From NCBI GenBank assembly GCA_963802945.1, contig CAWDKY010000014.1:128001-192000 (forward strand): a DNA stretch of 64,000 bases. Reading direction: 5' to 3'. Position 1 is the first letter of the stretch. Each line of letters begins with the position of its first letter. Shown in pieces: positions 51,812-62,314 of the stretch. The translations under genes and the position numbers were made by a program. Below the pieces are notes generated by a model. It worked only from the letters and a program-made list of their open reading frames with translations. It did not search any database and was not told where the DNA came from. The stretch comes from an uncultured delta proteobacterium. GTDB lineage: Bacteria > Desulfobacterota > RBG-13-43-22.

Positions 51812-52840
51812 ATGGTGATCGTGATGAAAAAACATGCCACGGGAGAAGAAATTGAAAATGTTATTAAATGGATTGAATCCGTAGGATACCAGACCCATCC
51901 CTCTCGAGGTGTGGAACAAACCATTATCGGGGTGGTTGGAGACGACCGGGGTAAGGCCCAATTAAAATCCGTAGAGTATCTTCCCGGAGTGGAAAAGGTC
52001 GTTCCTATCTTGAAACCCTATAAACTCGCCAGCCGGGAGGGCAGACCGGGGGATACGATCGTTCAGGTCGGTAATGTTGAAATCGGCGGCCCGGAATTTA
52101 TTGTCATGGCCGGCCCCTGCTCCATTGAAAGCGACGAACAACTGATGGAAAGCGCTTACATCATAAAAAAGGGTGGCGCCCACATCTTAAGAGGCGGGGC
52201 TTACAAGCCCAGGACCTCTCCCTATAGCTTCCAGGGGCTGGAAGAAGAGGGGCTTAAGATGTTGAAAAAGGTCCGCGATAAAATGAATATCCCGGTGATC
52301 ACCGAGGTCATGAACACCACGGAGGTTGAGTTGGTTGAAGAAAACAGCGACATCCTGCAGATCGGGACCCGGAACGTCCAAAATTTTCCTCTCTTGAAAA
52401 AAGTCGGCCAATCCAGAAAGCCGGTCCTTTTAAAAAGAGGCATGATGACCACGATTGAAGAGCTTCTGATGTCTGCTGAATATATTCTTGCCGCCGGGAA
52501 CGATCAGGTCATCCTTTGCGAGCGAGGCATCCGAACCTTTGAAACCGCCACCCGTAACACCCTGGATTTGAGCGCCGTCCCGGTCTTAAAGGAACTGACC
52601 CACCTACCGGTTATCGTCGATCCCAGCCACGCCACCGGCCATTGGAAATACGTCCTTCCCTTATCCCGGGCCGCCTTGGCCGTGGGAGCCGATGGATTGC
52701 TCATCGAAGTCCATCCCCAGCCGGAAAAGGCCCTCTGTGACGGTCCGCAGTCCCTGAAACCGGAAAAATTTTATCAACTGATGGATGAATTAAGGATGTT
52801 GCAGGGGGTTTTAAGAAAAGGAACAGGTGCTTTGCAATGA
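51812..52840 (+). CDS. aroF: DAHP synthase type I-beta with N-terminal regulatory domain
   Basis: [39 protein letters not shown]; Thermotoga-like N-terminal domain. Confidence 0.93.
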   Translation: MVIVMKKHATGEEIENVIKWIESVGYQTHPSRGVEQTIIGVVGDDRGKAQLKSVEYLPGVEKVVPILKPYKLASREGRPGDTIVQVGNVEIGGPEFIVMAGPCSIESDEQLMESAYIIKKGGAHILRGGAYKPRTSPYSFQGLEEEGLKMLKKVRDKMNIPVITEVMNTTEVELVEENSDILQIGTRNVQNFPLLKKVGQSRKPVLLKRGMMTTIEELLMSAEYILAAGNDQVILCERGIRTFETATRNTLDLSAVPVLKELTHLPVIVDPSHATGHWKYVLPLSRAALAVGADGLLIEVHPQPEKALCDGPQSLKPEKFYQLMDELRMLQGVLRKGTGALQ

Positions 52841-53933
52841 ATCAGATCAGGGTTAATTTAGACGCCCAAACCCCAACCCATTATAAAATCTATATTGGTC
52901 GGGATATTATAGATCGAATAGGGGTTATTTTAAATAAAGGGGACTGGATCAACCGTTATGTCATTATCACCGATTCCCAGGTGAAAACCATTCACGGGAA
53001 AAGGGTGTTGGATACCTTAAGAAAGATGGATCTCAATGTAGATATGATCGATTTTTCTGCCGGGGAGAGTTCAAAAAACATACAAACTTCCCTTCAGTTG
53101 GTGGACAGCCTGATCGCCCTGGGGGCGGACAGACATTCCGGCCCTGATCGCCTTGGGAGGAGGAGTGGTTGGGGATATAACCGGGTTCATTGCCTCTATC
53201 TTATATGAGGGGCCTTCCTTTTTTTCAGATGCCAACCACCCTTCTGGCCCAGGTGGACAGCAGTATCGGAGGCAAGACCGGGATTGACCTTCCGGTCGGA
53301 AAAAATCTCCTGGGGACTTTCTATCAGCCCCAGGCGGTTTTTATCGACCTGACCTTTCTCCAAACCCTGACGGACCTGGAATTCAATAACGGCCTTCCGG
53401 AAATCCTGAAATATGGGATTATTGAAGATCCAGAACTCTTACGGACCTTGGAGGATAATACAGAAGCCATCAGGGCCCGGGATTTTTCTCTGATGGAAAG
53501 GATAATTTCCAAATCCTGCCGGATCAAAAAAAGGATCGTGGAAATGGATGAGAAAGAAGGCGGACTCCGCCGCATTCTTAACTTCGGCCATACTATCGGT
53601 CATGCCGTGGAAGCGGAATCGGGTTATTCCCTCTCTCACGGGCAAGCCGTGGCCATCGGCATGGTCTGTGCCGCCTTCTTGTCTGAGAAATTAAACTATT
53701 TATCTTCCAAAGAACGGGAGCGGATCGAGTCCCTGGTCAAGGCCTTCGGTCTGCCTTACCGTATCCCCAAAGAACTGAAAACAAAAGCCCTGCTTGACAG
53801 GATGATGAGAGACAAGAAAAAAGAGGGGGCCATTCTCCCTTTTGTGCTGCTGAAAAAAATCGGACTCCCTTTTATCAATGGAGGGGTTTCCGAGAAAAAA
53901 ATTCAGGAAACGATTGAGGCCCTGAAAGCATGA
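52837..53933 (+). CDS. aroB: 3-dehydroquinate synthase, two apparent +1 frameshifts (~53137, ~53200)
   Basis: GESSK; middle frame LIALGGGVVGDITGFIAS; then MRG..PTTLLAQVDSSIGGKTG, LNFGHTIGHAVE, HGQAVAIG. Confidence 0.92.
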
Positions 53934-55009
53934 AAAAAAATTCGATAAAAAAATTAAGAGACGACTTAAGAAAAAAAGATCAGGAAATTGTAACCCTCCT
54001 TAACGAACGAGCCGAACTGGCCCTTAAAGTGGGCCGAATTAAAAATGAGAACGGCCAGGAAATCTATGATCCTTCCCGGGAGAGCCTGGTTTATCAGCAT
54101 TTATCTCAGATCAGCCAAGGGCCTCTACCCGTAAAGGCCCTGCAGGACATTTACCGGGAGATTGTCTCGGCCTCCCGTGCCCTGCAAGGACCCATCACTG
54201 TGGATTATTTTGGTCCGGAAGCCTCTTTCACCCACTTGGCCGCTTTGGCCCATTTCGGCCGATCAGCGCAGCTTATACCGCAAACCACTATCCCCATGGT
54301 CTTTGAACAAGTCGAAAGGGGTAGGAGTTCTTACGGTGTGGTACCCATTGAGAATTCCGGAGAGGGATCGGTTAAACCGACCCTTGATTGTTTGCTTACA
54401 ACGCCGCTTTCCATCCGGGCCGAGGTTTTTTTAAGGATCTCCCATTATCTTCTGGCCTCCCCCAAAAAGATGAAAAACATCAAAAGAATTTATTCCCATC
54501 CCCAGGCCCTGGCTCAGTGCCAGGTCTGGTTGGAGAGGAACTTTCCTCGGCGGCCTTTATTAAAAGTGGAGAATACGGCCGAGGCGGCCAAAAAGGTTTT
54601 GGAGGACAGGGAGGGAGCGGCCATAGGCAGCCTGCAGGCCGCTGAGTTGTACGGACTTCAAATCCTGGCCGACAGGATTGAGGATTACCCTTTAAACACC
54701 ACCCGATTTCTTATTATAGGAAAAGGTCGAAGTGAACCTTCCGGAATTGATAAAACTTCTATCCTCTTTGGAACCACCCACGTTCCGGGGGCTTTGCTTC
54801 ACGCCCTAGAACCCTTTGCCCGGGAAGGACTGAATCTGCTCAGGATCGAGTCCTATCCCTGGCCGAATCGGATGTGGGAATATTTATTCTTCGTGGATTT
54901 TGCCGGGCATCAAGAGGACGAGAATGTCCAACGCTGTTTGAAAGAGACCGGGAAGGTCACCAATTTTCTCAAGGTCATGGGGTCTTATCCCTGGGGAGAA
55001 ACACCGTGA
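53930..55009 (+). CDS. pheA: Chorismate mutase/prephenate dehydratase
   Basis: CM domain (LLNERA, YDPSRE), VVPIENS, SHPQALAQC, NTTRF, ACT domain. Confidence 0.95.
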   Translation: MKKNSIKKLRDDLRKKDQEIVTLLNERAELALKVGRIKNENGQEIYDPSRESLVYQHLSQISQGPLPVKALQDIYREIVSASRALQGPITVDYFGPEASFTHLAALAHFGRSAQLIPQTTIPMVFEQVERGRSSYGVVPIENSGEGSVKPTLDCLLTTPLSIRAEVFLRISHYLLASPKKMKNIKRIYSHPQALAQCQVWLERNFPRRPLLKVENTAEAAKKVLEDREGAAIGSLQAAELYGLQILADRIEDYPLNTTRFLIIGKGRSEPSGIDKTSILFGTTHVPGALLHALEPFAREGLNLLRIESYPWPNRMWEYLFFVDFAGHQEDENVQRCLKETGKVTNFLKVMGSYPWGETP

Positions 55010-55695
55010 GGATCTGCATTCCCATCACCGCTGCTACTACCCAGGAAGCCCTGACCAAAATGAAAAAAGGGTTTGCTCTGGCCAAAATGTTGGAATTGAG
55101 AATTGATGGAATCCCAAAAGTTGATTTAAAGAAATTGTTGGCCGAAAAAAAGGGAGAAATTCTGATAACCAACCGGGTCAGGGAAGAGGGAGGGGCCTTT
55201 GTCGGCGGAGAACAAAAAAGGGTGGCCCTCTTAAAAAAGGCCGTGGCCTTGGGCTGCGATTATGTAGACCTGGAGATCAGGACAGAACAGGCCTTAATTC
55301 TTGAACTGAAGAAAAAAATCGCCGGCCATCGCAGGCGCACCCGGTTGATCCTTTCTTATCATAATCAGGAAAGGACCCCAGGGATGAATATCTTAAGAAA
55401 AAAAATAATTGAAGGGTATAAGTCCGGAGCAGATATCCTCAAGATCGTTACTTTTGCCAAAAAGATGGAGGACAATCTCAAGGTCCTTGGCCTCATTCCC
55501 TATGCTCAAAAAAAAGGTTTGAAGATCATAGCCTTCTGCCTGGGAGAAAAAGGAAAGATCAGCCGGATCATGGCTCCAATGCTGGGTTCTTATCTGACCT
55601 ATGCCTCTTTGGAGAAAGGGGAAGAATCAGCTCCGGGACAAATGACGGTTGAAGAAATCAAGCGGGTATTAAGGATGTTGGGAGAAAAGAAATAG
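55006..55695 (+). CDS. aroD: Type I 3-dehydroquinate dehydratase
   Basis: GTG start overlapping the pheA stop; LELRID, EEGG, LSYH, SRI, APGQ. Confidence 0.92.
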   Translation: MRICIPITAATTQEALTKMKKGFALAKMLELRIDGIPKVDLKKLLAEKKGEILITNRVREEGGAFVGGEQKRVALLKKAVALGCDYVDLEIRTEQALILELKKKIAGHRRRTRLILSYHNQERTPGMNILRKKIIEGYKSGADILKIVTFAKKMEDNLKVLGLIPYAQKKGLKIIAFCLGEKGKISRIMAPMLGSYLTYASLEKGEESAPGQMTVEEIKRVLRMLGEKK

Positions 55696-55721
55696 GCTTA
55701 ATAAAATATTTGAAATAAAAT

Positions 55722-56103
55722 TGTTACGGGTTGCAGGTTAGATAATCGTGTCTTTTGGCCGTCAACTAGAACCAATGCCATTAACTTAAGGGAAACTTTA
55801 TATCCAAATCGTCACCCCGGCGAAAGCCGGGGTCCAGAAAAGCTAATAAAAGCTGGATTCCGGCTTCCGAGACTGTGTCGCAATTATATTTTTGTCATTC
55901 CGTGCAAGCGAAGCGCGACACGGAATCCAGTATTTTCATTAAGTTCTGGATGCCGGCTTTCGCCGGCATGACGGCTTTGACGGCTCTGTCCGCTATTACG
56001 ACACAGTCTCTCCGCCGGAATGACTCCAAGAGTTCCAAACCAGAGCAATAAAGTTTAAGTTAACAGTATTGACCCGTAACTCGTAACCCCAAACCCGTAA
56101 CCA
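55722..56103. repeat. Nested repeat complex: heptamer arms > outer IR > REP > MITE family 2
   Basis: GTTACGGGTTGCAGG...ACCCGTAACTCGTAAC outside; AATGCCATTAACTTA/TAAGTTAACAGTATT; REP GTCACCCCGGCGAAAGCCGGGGTCCAG...CTGGATTCCGGC..GCCGGAATGAC. Confidence 0.75.
55869..56010 (+). mobile_element. MITE family 2, copy 1 (142 bp)
   Basis: TIR GAGACTGTGTCGCAAT/ATTACGACACAGTCTC; 3-bp duplication TCC; nearly identical to 58272-58412. Confidence 0.9.
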
Positions 56104-56117
56104 GAAATTTATAAGTC

Positions 56118-56936
56118 ATGCCGACATCGGACATAAAAATCTTTGCTGTTTTTGGAAACCCGGTCGCCCATAGCTTGTCACCGCTGATGCACCAGGCGGC
56201 TTTCAACCGGATGGGTCTCAAGGCCCAATATGTCCCATTTTGTGTGAAAGACATAGGGAAGGCCGTGGATGGGATCCGGGGTCTGGATATTCAGGGGGTG
56301 AGTGTCACCCTGCCGTTTAAAACCGAAGTCATAGATTTTTTAGATGAGGTCGAAGAAGATGCCCGCCGGATCGGGGCGGTCAATACGATTAAAAATAGTC
56401 GGGGGAGACTTATAGGATACAACACCGACTGGAAAGGATTTGTCCTTTCATTGAAAGAAGGCCTGGAAATCAGGGGAAAACAATTTGCCGTCATTGGGGC
56501 CGGAGGTGCGGCCAGGGGGATTGTTTATGGCCTGATAAAGGAAGGTGGATATCCGATTATCCTGAACCGAACCCTTTCCAAAGCAAAGGCCCTGGGGAAG
56601 AAATTCGGGTGTCCTTTTCTGCCGTTTTCCGAAAAAGAAAAGATCAAGGCGGACTGTCTGATCAATACCACCTCACTGGGGATGGTTCCAAACAAAGAGA
56701 AGTCACCTTTCCCCAAGAAGTTTCTTAAAAAATTTCCATGGGTCGTGGATATCATTTATAATCCTTTAAAGACAAAACTCCTCAAGGGAGCCGAGGAAGC
56801 GGGATGCCGGACCATATCCGGTGTGGGAATGTTCGTGCATCAGGGAGCGGAACAAATAAAAATCTGGACCGGTCAGGAACCCCCCAGGGCCTATATGAAA
56901 AAAGTTGTTCTGGCTAAACTCGAAGAAAATGATTGA
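56118..56936 (+). CDS. aroE: Shikimate dehydrogenase
   Basis: GNPVAHSLSP, SVTLPFK, GAVNT, NTD, GAGGAARG. Confidence 0.96.
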   Translation: MPTSDIKIFAVFGNPVAHSLSPLMHQAAFNRMGLKAQYVPFCVKDIGKAVDGIRGLDIQGVSVTLPFKTEVIDFLDEVEEDARRIGAVNTIKNSRGRLIGYNTDWKGFVLSLKEGLEIRGKQFAVIGAGGAARGIVYGLIKEGGYPIILNRTLSKAKALGKKFGCPFLPFSEKEKIKADCLINTTSLGMVPNKEKSPFPKKFLKKFPWVVDIIYNPLKTKLLKGAEEAGCRTISGVGMFVHQGAEQIKIWTGQEPPRAYMKKVVLAKLEEND

Positions 56937-58191
56937 GATAAAGCCCATAACTCAGCTCAATGCCCGGGTAACCATGCCTGGTTCAAAAAGCTACACCCAA
57001 AGGGCAATGATCATGGCCGCCCTGGCCGAAGGGGGCTCTTGTTTGCAAGGGCCGCTTTTTTCTGAAGATACCGGATATCTGACCGAAGCCCTCCGTCTGC
57101 TGGGCGCAGGGATTCAGGTCCATAATGGTGCAATGTTAGTGCAGGGAACAGCAGGATGGATCAGCAATCCCAAAAAAGAAATCTATCTGGGAAACAACGG
57201 CACAGCCATGCGCTTACTGACCACCGTGGTCTGCCTTGGGAAAGGGGAATTTTTTCTCACCGGCGCCCCCCGTCTTTTGGAAAGACCGGTTCAGCCTTTA
57301 CTTACCGCCCTGAAAACTCTGGGGGTGGAGGCCCGAAGTGAAGGCAGGGAAGGGTTTCCGCCGGTTGTCATCCGGGCCGATGGTCTTCAGGGGGGGAAGA
57401 TCCAACTCCGTAATATTGAAAGCAGTCAATATGTCTCCTCCCTTTTGATTTCCGCCCCATTGGCCAGAGAAGACTTTTCCCTTGAACTTCAGGGTTCAAT
57501 ACCTTCTATGCCTTATGTGGAAATGACAGCGGCTTTGATGAAACAATTTGGCGTGGAGGTCGAAAGACCCTCATCAGCCCGGTTTTTAATAAAAGCCCGG
57601 CAAAAATATCAGGGCATTACCTGCCGGATTGAAGGAGATGTTTCGGGCGCCTCTTACTTTTTTTTGGCTGCTGCTCTGTGCCAGGGGAGGGTAAGAGTGG
57701 AGCCGATCATTCCCAACACCCTCCAAGGCGACATTGGTTTTTTAAAGATTTTGGAGGAACTCGGCTGCGAGGTTATCCGAGGCGATCATTGGGTGGAGGT
57801 TACAGGAGGAAAACTGGTATCAGGAGAAATCATCTTTGACTTTGGTGATATGCCGGATGTGGTTCCAACCTTGGCTGTCCTGGCCGCCTGCCGTCCGGGT
57901 AGAACGATTATTAAAAATGTCGCCCATCTCAGAATAAAAGAAAGCAATCGTCTGGAAGCCCTGGTCAGGGAATTGACTAAGACCGGGATCAAGGCCGAAG
58001 AGACAGAAGACGGTCTCAGGATAGAAGGGGGCAGGCCTCATGGGGCGGAGATTGAAACCTATAACGATCACCGGATAGCCATGAGCTTTGCCATCCTGGG
58101 TTTGGCTGTGCCGGGCATTAAAATCAAAGATCCGGACTGTGTTAAAAAATCCTTTCCAGGATTTTGGGGAGAATTGAAAAAACTGTATTAA
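56929..58191 (+). CDS. aroA: EPSP synthase
   Basis: PGSKS, NGTAMR, SSQYVS, RIKESNR, DHRIAM, KSFP. Confidence 0.97.
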   Translation: MIEIKPITQLNARVTMPGSKSYTQRAMIMAALAEGGSCLQGPLFSEDTGYLTEALRLLGAGIQVHNGAMLVQGTAGWISNPKKEIYLGNNGTAMRLLTTVVCLGKGEFFLTGAPRLLERPVQPLLTALKTLGVEARSEGREGFPPVVIRADGLQGGKIQLRNIESSQYVSSLLISAPLAREDFSLELQGSIPSMPYVEMTAALMKQFGVEVERPSSARFLIKARQKYQGITCRIEGDVSGASYFFLAAALCQGRVRVEPIIPNTLQGDIGFLKILEELGCEVIRGDHWVEVTGGKLVSGEIIFDFGDMPDVVPTLAVLAACRPGRTIIKNVAHLRIKESNRLEALVRELTKTGIKAEETEDGLRIEGGRPHGAEIETYNDHRIAMSFAILGLAVPGIKIKDPDCVKKSFPGFWGELKKLY

Positions 58192-58271
58192 ATCCTCATG
58201 CCCGCTTTCGCTGGAGTCAATGGAAAATGAACATATTGATTTATCATGTAATAAGGTGTCATTCCGGCGAA

Positions 58272-58412
58272 GAGACTGTGTCGCAATTATATTTTTGTCA
58301 TTCCGTGCAAGCGAAGCGCGACACGGAATCCAGTATTTTATTAAGTTCTGGATGCCGGCTTTCGCCGGCATGACGGCTTTGATGGCGCTGTCCGCTATTA
58401 CGACACAGTCTC
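58272..58412 (+). mobile_element. MITE family 2, copy 2 (141 bp), inside a REP hairpin
   Basis: Same TIRs; 3-bp duplication GAA; host REP GTCATTCCGGCGAA|AGCCGGAATCCAG. Confidence 0.9.
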
Positions 58413-58531
58413 GAAAGCCGGAATCCAGGTAACTTATATCATCAAATGCCCTGGATGCCGGATCAAGTCCGGCATGACGTTGAAAAGACCACACCAAGGC
58501 ATAGGTGGGTGCTATTATCGCAATAAAAACC

Positions 58532-59053
58532 ATGCATATTTTCTTAATAGGATATCGCGGTAGCGGAAAAACCTCGGTGGGCAGGAAGCTGGCTGAAAAA
58601 CTAAAGGCCCCTTTTTATGACACCGATCAAATGATCATAGACCGTATGGGTAAAACGATCAAACAATGGGTGGAGGAAAAAGGATGGGAATCCTTTCGCC
58701 AGGAAGAAAAGGCCATCATCCAGGAGATCTCTTCTTTGGATTGCGCTGTAATTGCCCTGGGTGGGGGTGCGGTGATGGACCCTGAAAACAGGGAAGTATT
58801 AAAACAAAAGGGTCTGATCGTTTGGCTGAGCGCCGATGTCCAAACCATCATGGAAAGGATGAAATCCGACCCTGCGAATGAGGACAATCGTCCCGCCCTT
58901 TCCGCCAAGGATTGGGAGACTGAAATCCAAGAACTGCTGGCACAACGCATACCGGTTTATCAGCGATGGGCTGATTTTTCCGTAGACACGGATGGAAAGA
59001 ATATTGAGGGGATTGCTGAAGAGATTTGTAATCATATCCAACAAGCCCAATGA
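58532..59053 (+). CDS. aroK: Shikimate kinase
   Basis: GYRGSGKT, DTD, FRQEE, LGGG, RPAL. Confidence 0.95.
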   Translation: MHIFLIGYRGSGKTSVGRKLAEKLKAPFYDTDQMIIDRMGKTIKQWVEEKGWESFRQEEKAIIQEISSLDCAVIALGGGAVMDPENREVLKQKGLIVWLSADVQTIMERMKSDPANEDNRPALSAKDWETEIQELLAQRIPVYQRWADFSVDTDGKNIEGIAEEICNHIQQAQ

Positions 59054-59104
59054 ACCCAATGAACTCAATGAACCAAAAAAACCAAACAGAACATTGGAGA
59101 CGCT

Positions 59105-60160
59105 ATGTCCGGTAATTCAACAGGTGTTTTATTTAAAGTTACGACTTGGGGAGAATCTCATGGACCGGCGACAGGTGCGGTCATAGAGGGCTGCCCGCCT
59201 TTGATCCCTTTGACTGAACAAGACATCCAGAAAGACTTAAGCAGAAGAAAACCCGGACGAATGGCAACCGCTTCTTCAAGGAAAGAGGAAGACCGGATAG
59301 AAATCCTTTCCGGTGTCTTCGAAGGCCGGACCACCGGGACCCCCATTGCCCTGCTCATCCGCAATAAAGATGCGGACAGCTCGGCCTATGATGCCCTTAA
59401 AGAGGTTTTTCGCCCAGGTCATGGGGATATTACTTATTTAAAAAAATACGGGATCAGGGATCACCGGGGAGGCGGCCGCTCTTCAGGAAGGGAAACCGCA
59501 GCCCGCGTGGCCGCCGGGGCCGTTGCCAAAAAAGTGCTTGCCAGGGAAGGTATAAAGGTTATTGCCTATACCTTGGAATTGGGCGGCATCCGGGCCGAGG
59601 TCATTAACCTGGGTGCAATTTCCAAAAACAACCTCTTTTGTCCTGATCCTGAGGCGGCTTTAAAGATGGAAAAAAAGTTACGGGCGATTGCCGAGAAAGG
59701 GGATACCCTCGGAGGGATTGTGGAGATCATGGTCCGGGGATGTCCTGCGGGCCTAGGGGAGCCGGTCTTTGACAAGATGGATGCCGATCTGGCCAAGGCC
59801 TTGATGAGCATCGGATCAATCAAAGGGGTGGAAATCGGTGCCGGATTTGAAGCGGCCCGGATGACCGGTTCTGTTTGTAACGACGCCATAACACCTAAAG
59901 GGTTCTTGACCAATAATGCCGGCGGCATTCTGGCCGGTATCACCAACGGCGATGACCTGATTATCCGGGCGGCCTGCAAGCCCATCTCTTCCATCAGGAA
60001 AGAACAAAAAACCGTCGATCTTTCGGGGAAGCCGGTTGCTTTATCGATCAAAGGCAGACATGATGCATCGGTCATCCCACGGATCATTCCGGTCTGTGAG
60101 GCCATGGTCAGCCTGGTCTTGGCCGATCATCTGTTAAGACAGAAGGCGATTTCTAAATGA
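59105..60160 (+). CDS. aroC: Chorismate synthase
   Basis: TWGESHG, RPGHGD, RGGGRSSGRETA, GRHD. Confidence 0.98.
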   Translation: MSGNSTGVLFKVTTWGESHGPATGAVIEGCPPLIPLTEQDIQKDLSRRKPGRMATASSRKEEDRIEILSGVFEGRTTGTPIALLIRNKDADSSAYDALKEVFRPGHGDITYLKKYGIRDHRGGGRSSGRETAARVAAGAVAKKVLAREGIKVIAYTLELGGIRAEVINLGAISKNNLFCPDPEAALKMEKKLRAIAEKGDTLGGIVEIMVRGCPAGLGEPVFDKMDADLAKALMSIGSIKGVEIGAGFEAARMTGSVCNDAITPKGFLTNNAGGILAGITNGDDLIIRAACKPISSIRKEQKTVDLSGKPVALSIKGRHDASVIPRIIPVCEAMVSLVLADHLLRQKAISK

Positions 60161-60930
60161 AAAAAATCAGGATCGGAATCATAGGAGGGACCGGTGGAAT
60201 AGGCCGATGGTTTGGCCATTTTTTTCAAAAGGAAGGTTTTGAGGTTGTGATCTCCGGCAGGAAGGTTGGTCCGGATTTCCAAACGCTAGCCCGGCTATGT
60301 CCCGTGGTGGTGGTCAGTGTTCCGATCAAGGTGACCTGCCAGGTAATTGAACAAGTAGGGCCTTTTATGCCCAAGGAATCCCTTTTGGTGGACCTCACTT
60401 CTCTTAAAGAAGAACCGGTCAAGGCCATGCTCAAATCCTCTCGGTCCGAGATCATCGGCCTTCATCCTTTGTTTGGACCCAAAATAAAGTCCATGGCCGG
60501 GCATAATATTGTCTTGTGTCCGGCCCGGACCCGTAAGTGGCTTCCCTGGATAAAAAATATTTTTCTTAAAAATAGGGCACGGCTAATCGAGACCACCCCC
60601 AGACATCATGACGAACTGATGGCCCTGGTCCAGGGATTAAACCATCTAAATACCATCACCCTGGGTCTGACTTTGGGGCGTTCAGGCTTCGATTTTGAAG
60701 AGCTGAAACAAGTTGCCACCCCGAATCTTAAAGCCAAGCTGGATATTTTGAAAGATGTTTTCAGCCAAAATCCAAGGCTGTATGCCGAAATCATTACCCA
60801 GAACCCATATCTTCCTAAGGTGGTGAAGGGATATGAGGAAAGCCTTTCCGAAATGAAAAAATGGATCGAACGTAAGGACAGTGTGAATCTGCAAAAACGT
60901 ATAGAGGGCACAAAACTTTTTTCTCAATAA
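60157..60930 (+). CDS. tyrA: Prephenate/arogenate dehydrogenase
   Basis: GGTGGIG, DLTSLK, HPLFGP, HDELMALVQGLNH. Confidence 0.92.
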   Translation: MKKIRIGIIGGTGGIGRWFGHFFQKEGFEVVISGRKVGPDFQTLARLCPVVVVSVPIKVTCQVIEQVGPFMPKESLLVDLTSLKEEPVKAMLKSSRSEIIGLHPLFGPKIKSMAGHNIVLCPARTRKWLPWIKNIFLKNRARLIETTPRHHDELMALVQGLNHLNTITLGLTLGRSGFDFEELKQVATPNLKAKLDILKDVFSQNPRLYAEIITQNPYLPKVVKGYEESLSEMKKWIERKDSVNLQKRIEGTKLFSQ

Positions 60931-61001
60931 ACTCTTTGGCCCGATGGATTTTACCGTATCCTTCCTTAAAATCCATGCCCAAAAATGTAATTTAGAATTA
61001 A

Positions 61002-61150
61002 CAGGATGAGGAAAAACATTTTTAAAAGGTTGCTCAAAAAGGTTTAGATACAAGGCGCCCGAAACCCCGAGGAATGAGTCGTACATAAAAGTACGTCGCA
61101 ATGACGAGGGATGAGGGCAACAAAGTAGATAGACCTTTTTCAGCAACCTG
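61002..61150 (-). mobile_element. MITE family 1, copy 3 (inverted)
   Basis: Reverse complement of copies 1 and 2; TTAA on both sides. Confidence 0.85.
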
Positions 61151-61167
61151 TTAAAGGATAAAAAAAC

Positions 61168-62196
61168 ATGAGCTTCAAGTACATTAGAGCAATATCCACT
61201 CCCCAGGAGATTCTGGAGGCTATGCCGCTGTCACAGGACCTGGCTCGCATCAAGAAAAATCGGGATCAGGAGATCAAGACCGTCTTCACTAGGGAGAGCA
61301 ACAGGTTCCTGCTCATCATCGGCCCTTGTTCGGCCCATGATGAAGATGCGGTCTGCGATTATATAGCTCGGTTGGCCCGGGTGCAGGCAGAGGTCAAGGA
61401 TAAGATCATCCTGATTCCGAGAATCTATACCAACAAACCCCGCACCGACGGTATGGGCTATAAGGGCATGGTCCACCAGCCGGACCCCCACCAAGAACCC
61501 AATATTGTCGAAGGAATCCAGGCCATCCGGAGGATGCACATCCGCGCCCTTCGGGAATCAAACCTTCCGGCTGCCGATGAAATGCTCTATCCCGGAAACT
61601 ATCCTTACCTTGAGGATGTTTTAAGTTATGTGGCGGTGGGTGCCCGTTCGGTGGAGAATCAGGCCCATCGCCTGACCTGCAGCGGTCTTGAAGTACCTGT
61701 GGGTATGAAAAATCCGACTTCCGGAGAACTTGAAGTGGCCCTTAATTCTATTCAGGCTTCACAAGCTTCCCATGTTTTCAATTATAATGGCTGGGAAGTC
61801 AAGACCACCGGCAATCCCCTGACCCATGCCGTGCTTCGGGGAGCGGTGGATCACTTCAAGCTGGCGGTTCCCAATTACCATTTCGAGGATCTGACCCTTT
61901 TTGCCAAGGCCTATCAGAAACGAGGGTTGGTCAACCCGACGATCATCGTGGACACCAATCATGCCAACTCCAACAAGAAATTTGCCGAACAACCCCGTAT
62001 CGCCAAAGAGGTTATGCACAGCCGTCGGCACTCCGGTCTGCTTACGGATATGGTTCGGGGCTTGATGATCGAAAGTTTTATCGAGGAAGGCTCCCAGCCC
62101 CCGACGGGTACGGTGTACGGGAAGTCGATCACCGACCCGTGTTTAAGCTGGAAAGACAGCGAAAGGCTGATTCGTGATCTGGCCGGGATGCTATAG
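61168..62196 (+). CDS. DAHP synthase type I-alpha
   Basis: IGPCSAH, KPRT..GYKG, GARS, GMKN, HAVLRG, DTNHANS, MIES, YGKSITDPC. Confidence 0.92.
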   Translation: MSFKYIRAISTPQEILEAMPLSQDLARIKKNRDQEIKTVFTRESNRFLLIIGPCSAHDEDAVCDYIARLARVQAEVKDKIILIPRIYTNKPRTDGMGYKGMVHQPDPHQEPNIVEGIQAIRRMHIRALRESNLPAADEMLYPGNYPYLEDVLSYVAVGARSVENQAHRLTCSGLEVPVGMKNPTSGELEVALNSIQASQASHVFNYNGWEVKTTGNPLTHAVLRGAVDHFKLAVPNYHFEDLTLFAKAYQKRGLVNPTIIVDTNHANSNKKFAEQPRIAKEVMHSRRHSGLLTDMVRGLMIESFIEEGSQPPTGTVYGKSITDPCLSWKDSERLIRDLAGML

Positions 62197-62314
62197 TATC
62201 ACCTGATTTTCCCTCGCCCTGCCAGGTTATACAATCGGCCTTTCCCTTCCCCCCATGTGGTTTGACATTACCCTTCAAACTTAGCCTTTGGCCCGACGCT
62301 TTTTGACACTTGTC

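Noticed and set aside
51619-51855. 78-aa ORF upstream of aroF in the ORF track
   Set aside because: It overlaps the leader peptide in another frame and runs through the terminator; no RBS or recognisable family.
52837-53933. aroB as a pseudogene or programmed-frameshift gene
   Set aside because: Two isolated single-base insertions in an otherwise intact gene of an intact operon. Similar single indels occur at ~10822, ~23801, ~31930 and ~38022 with no shared slippery motif, so sequencing or assembly error is the simpler explanation. Raw reads are needed to settle it.
57820-58533. ORFs across the aroA-aroK spacer and similar ones at 7446-7631 and 60682-61146
   Set aside because: They are translations of MITE/REP sequence.
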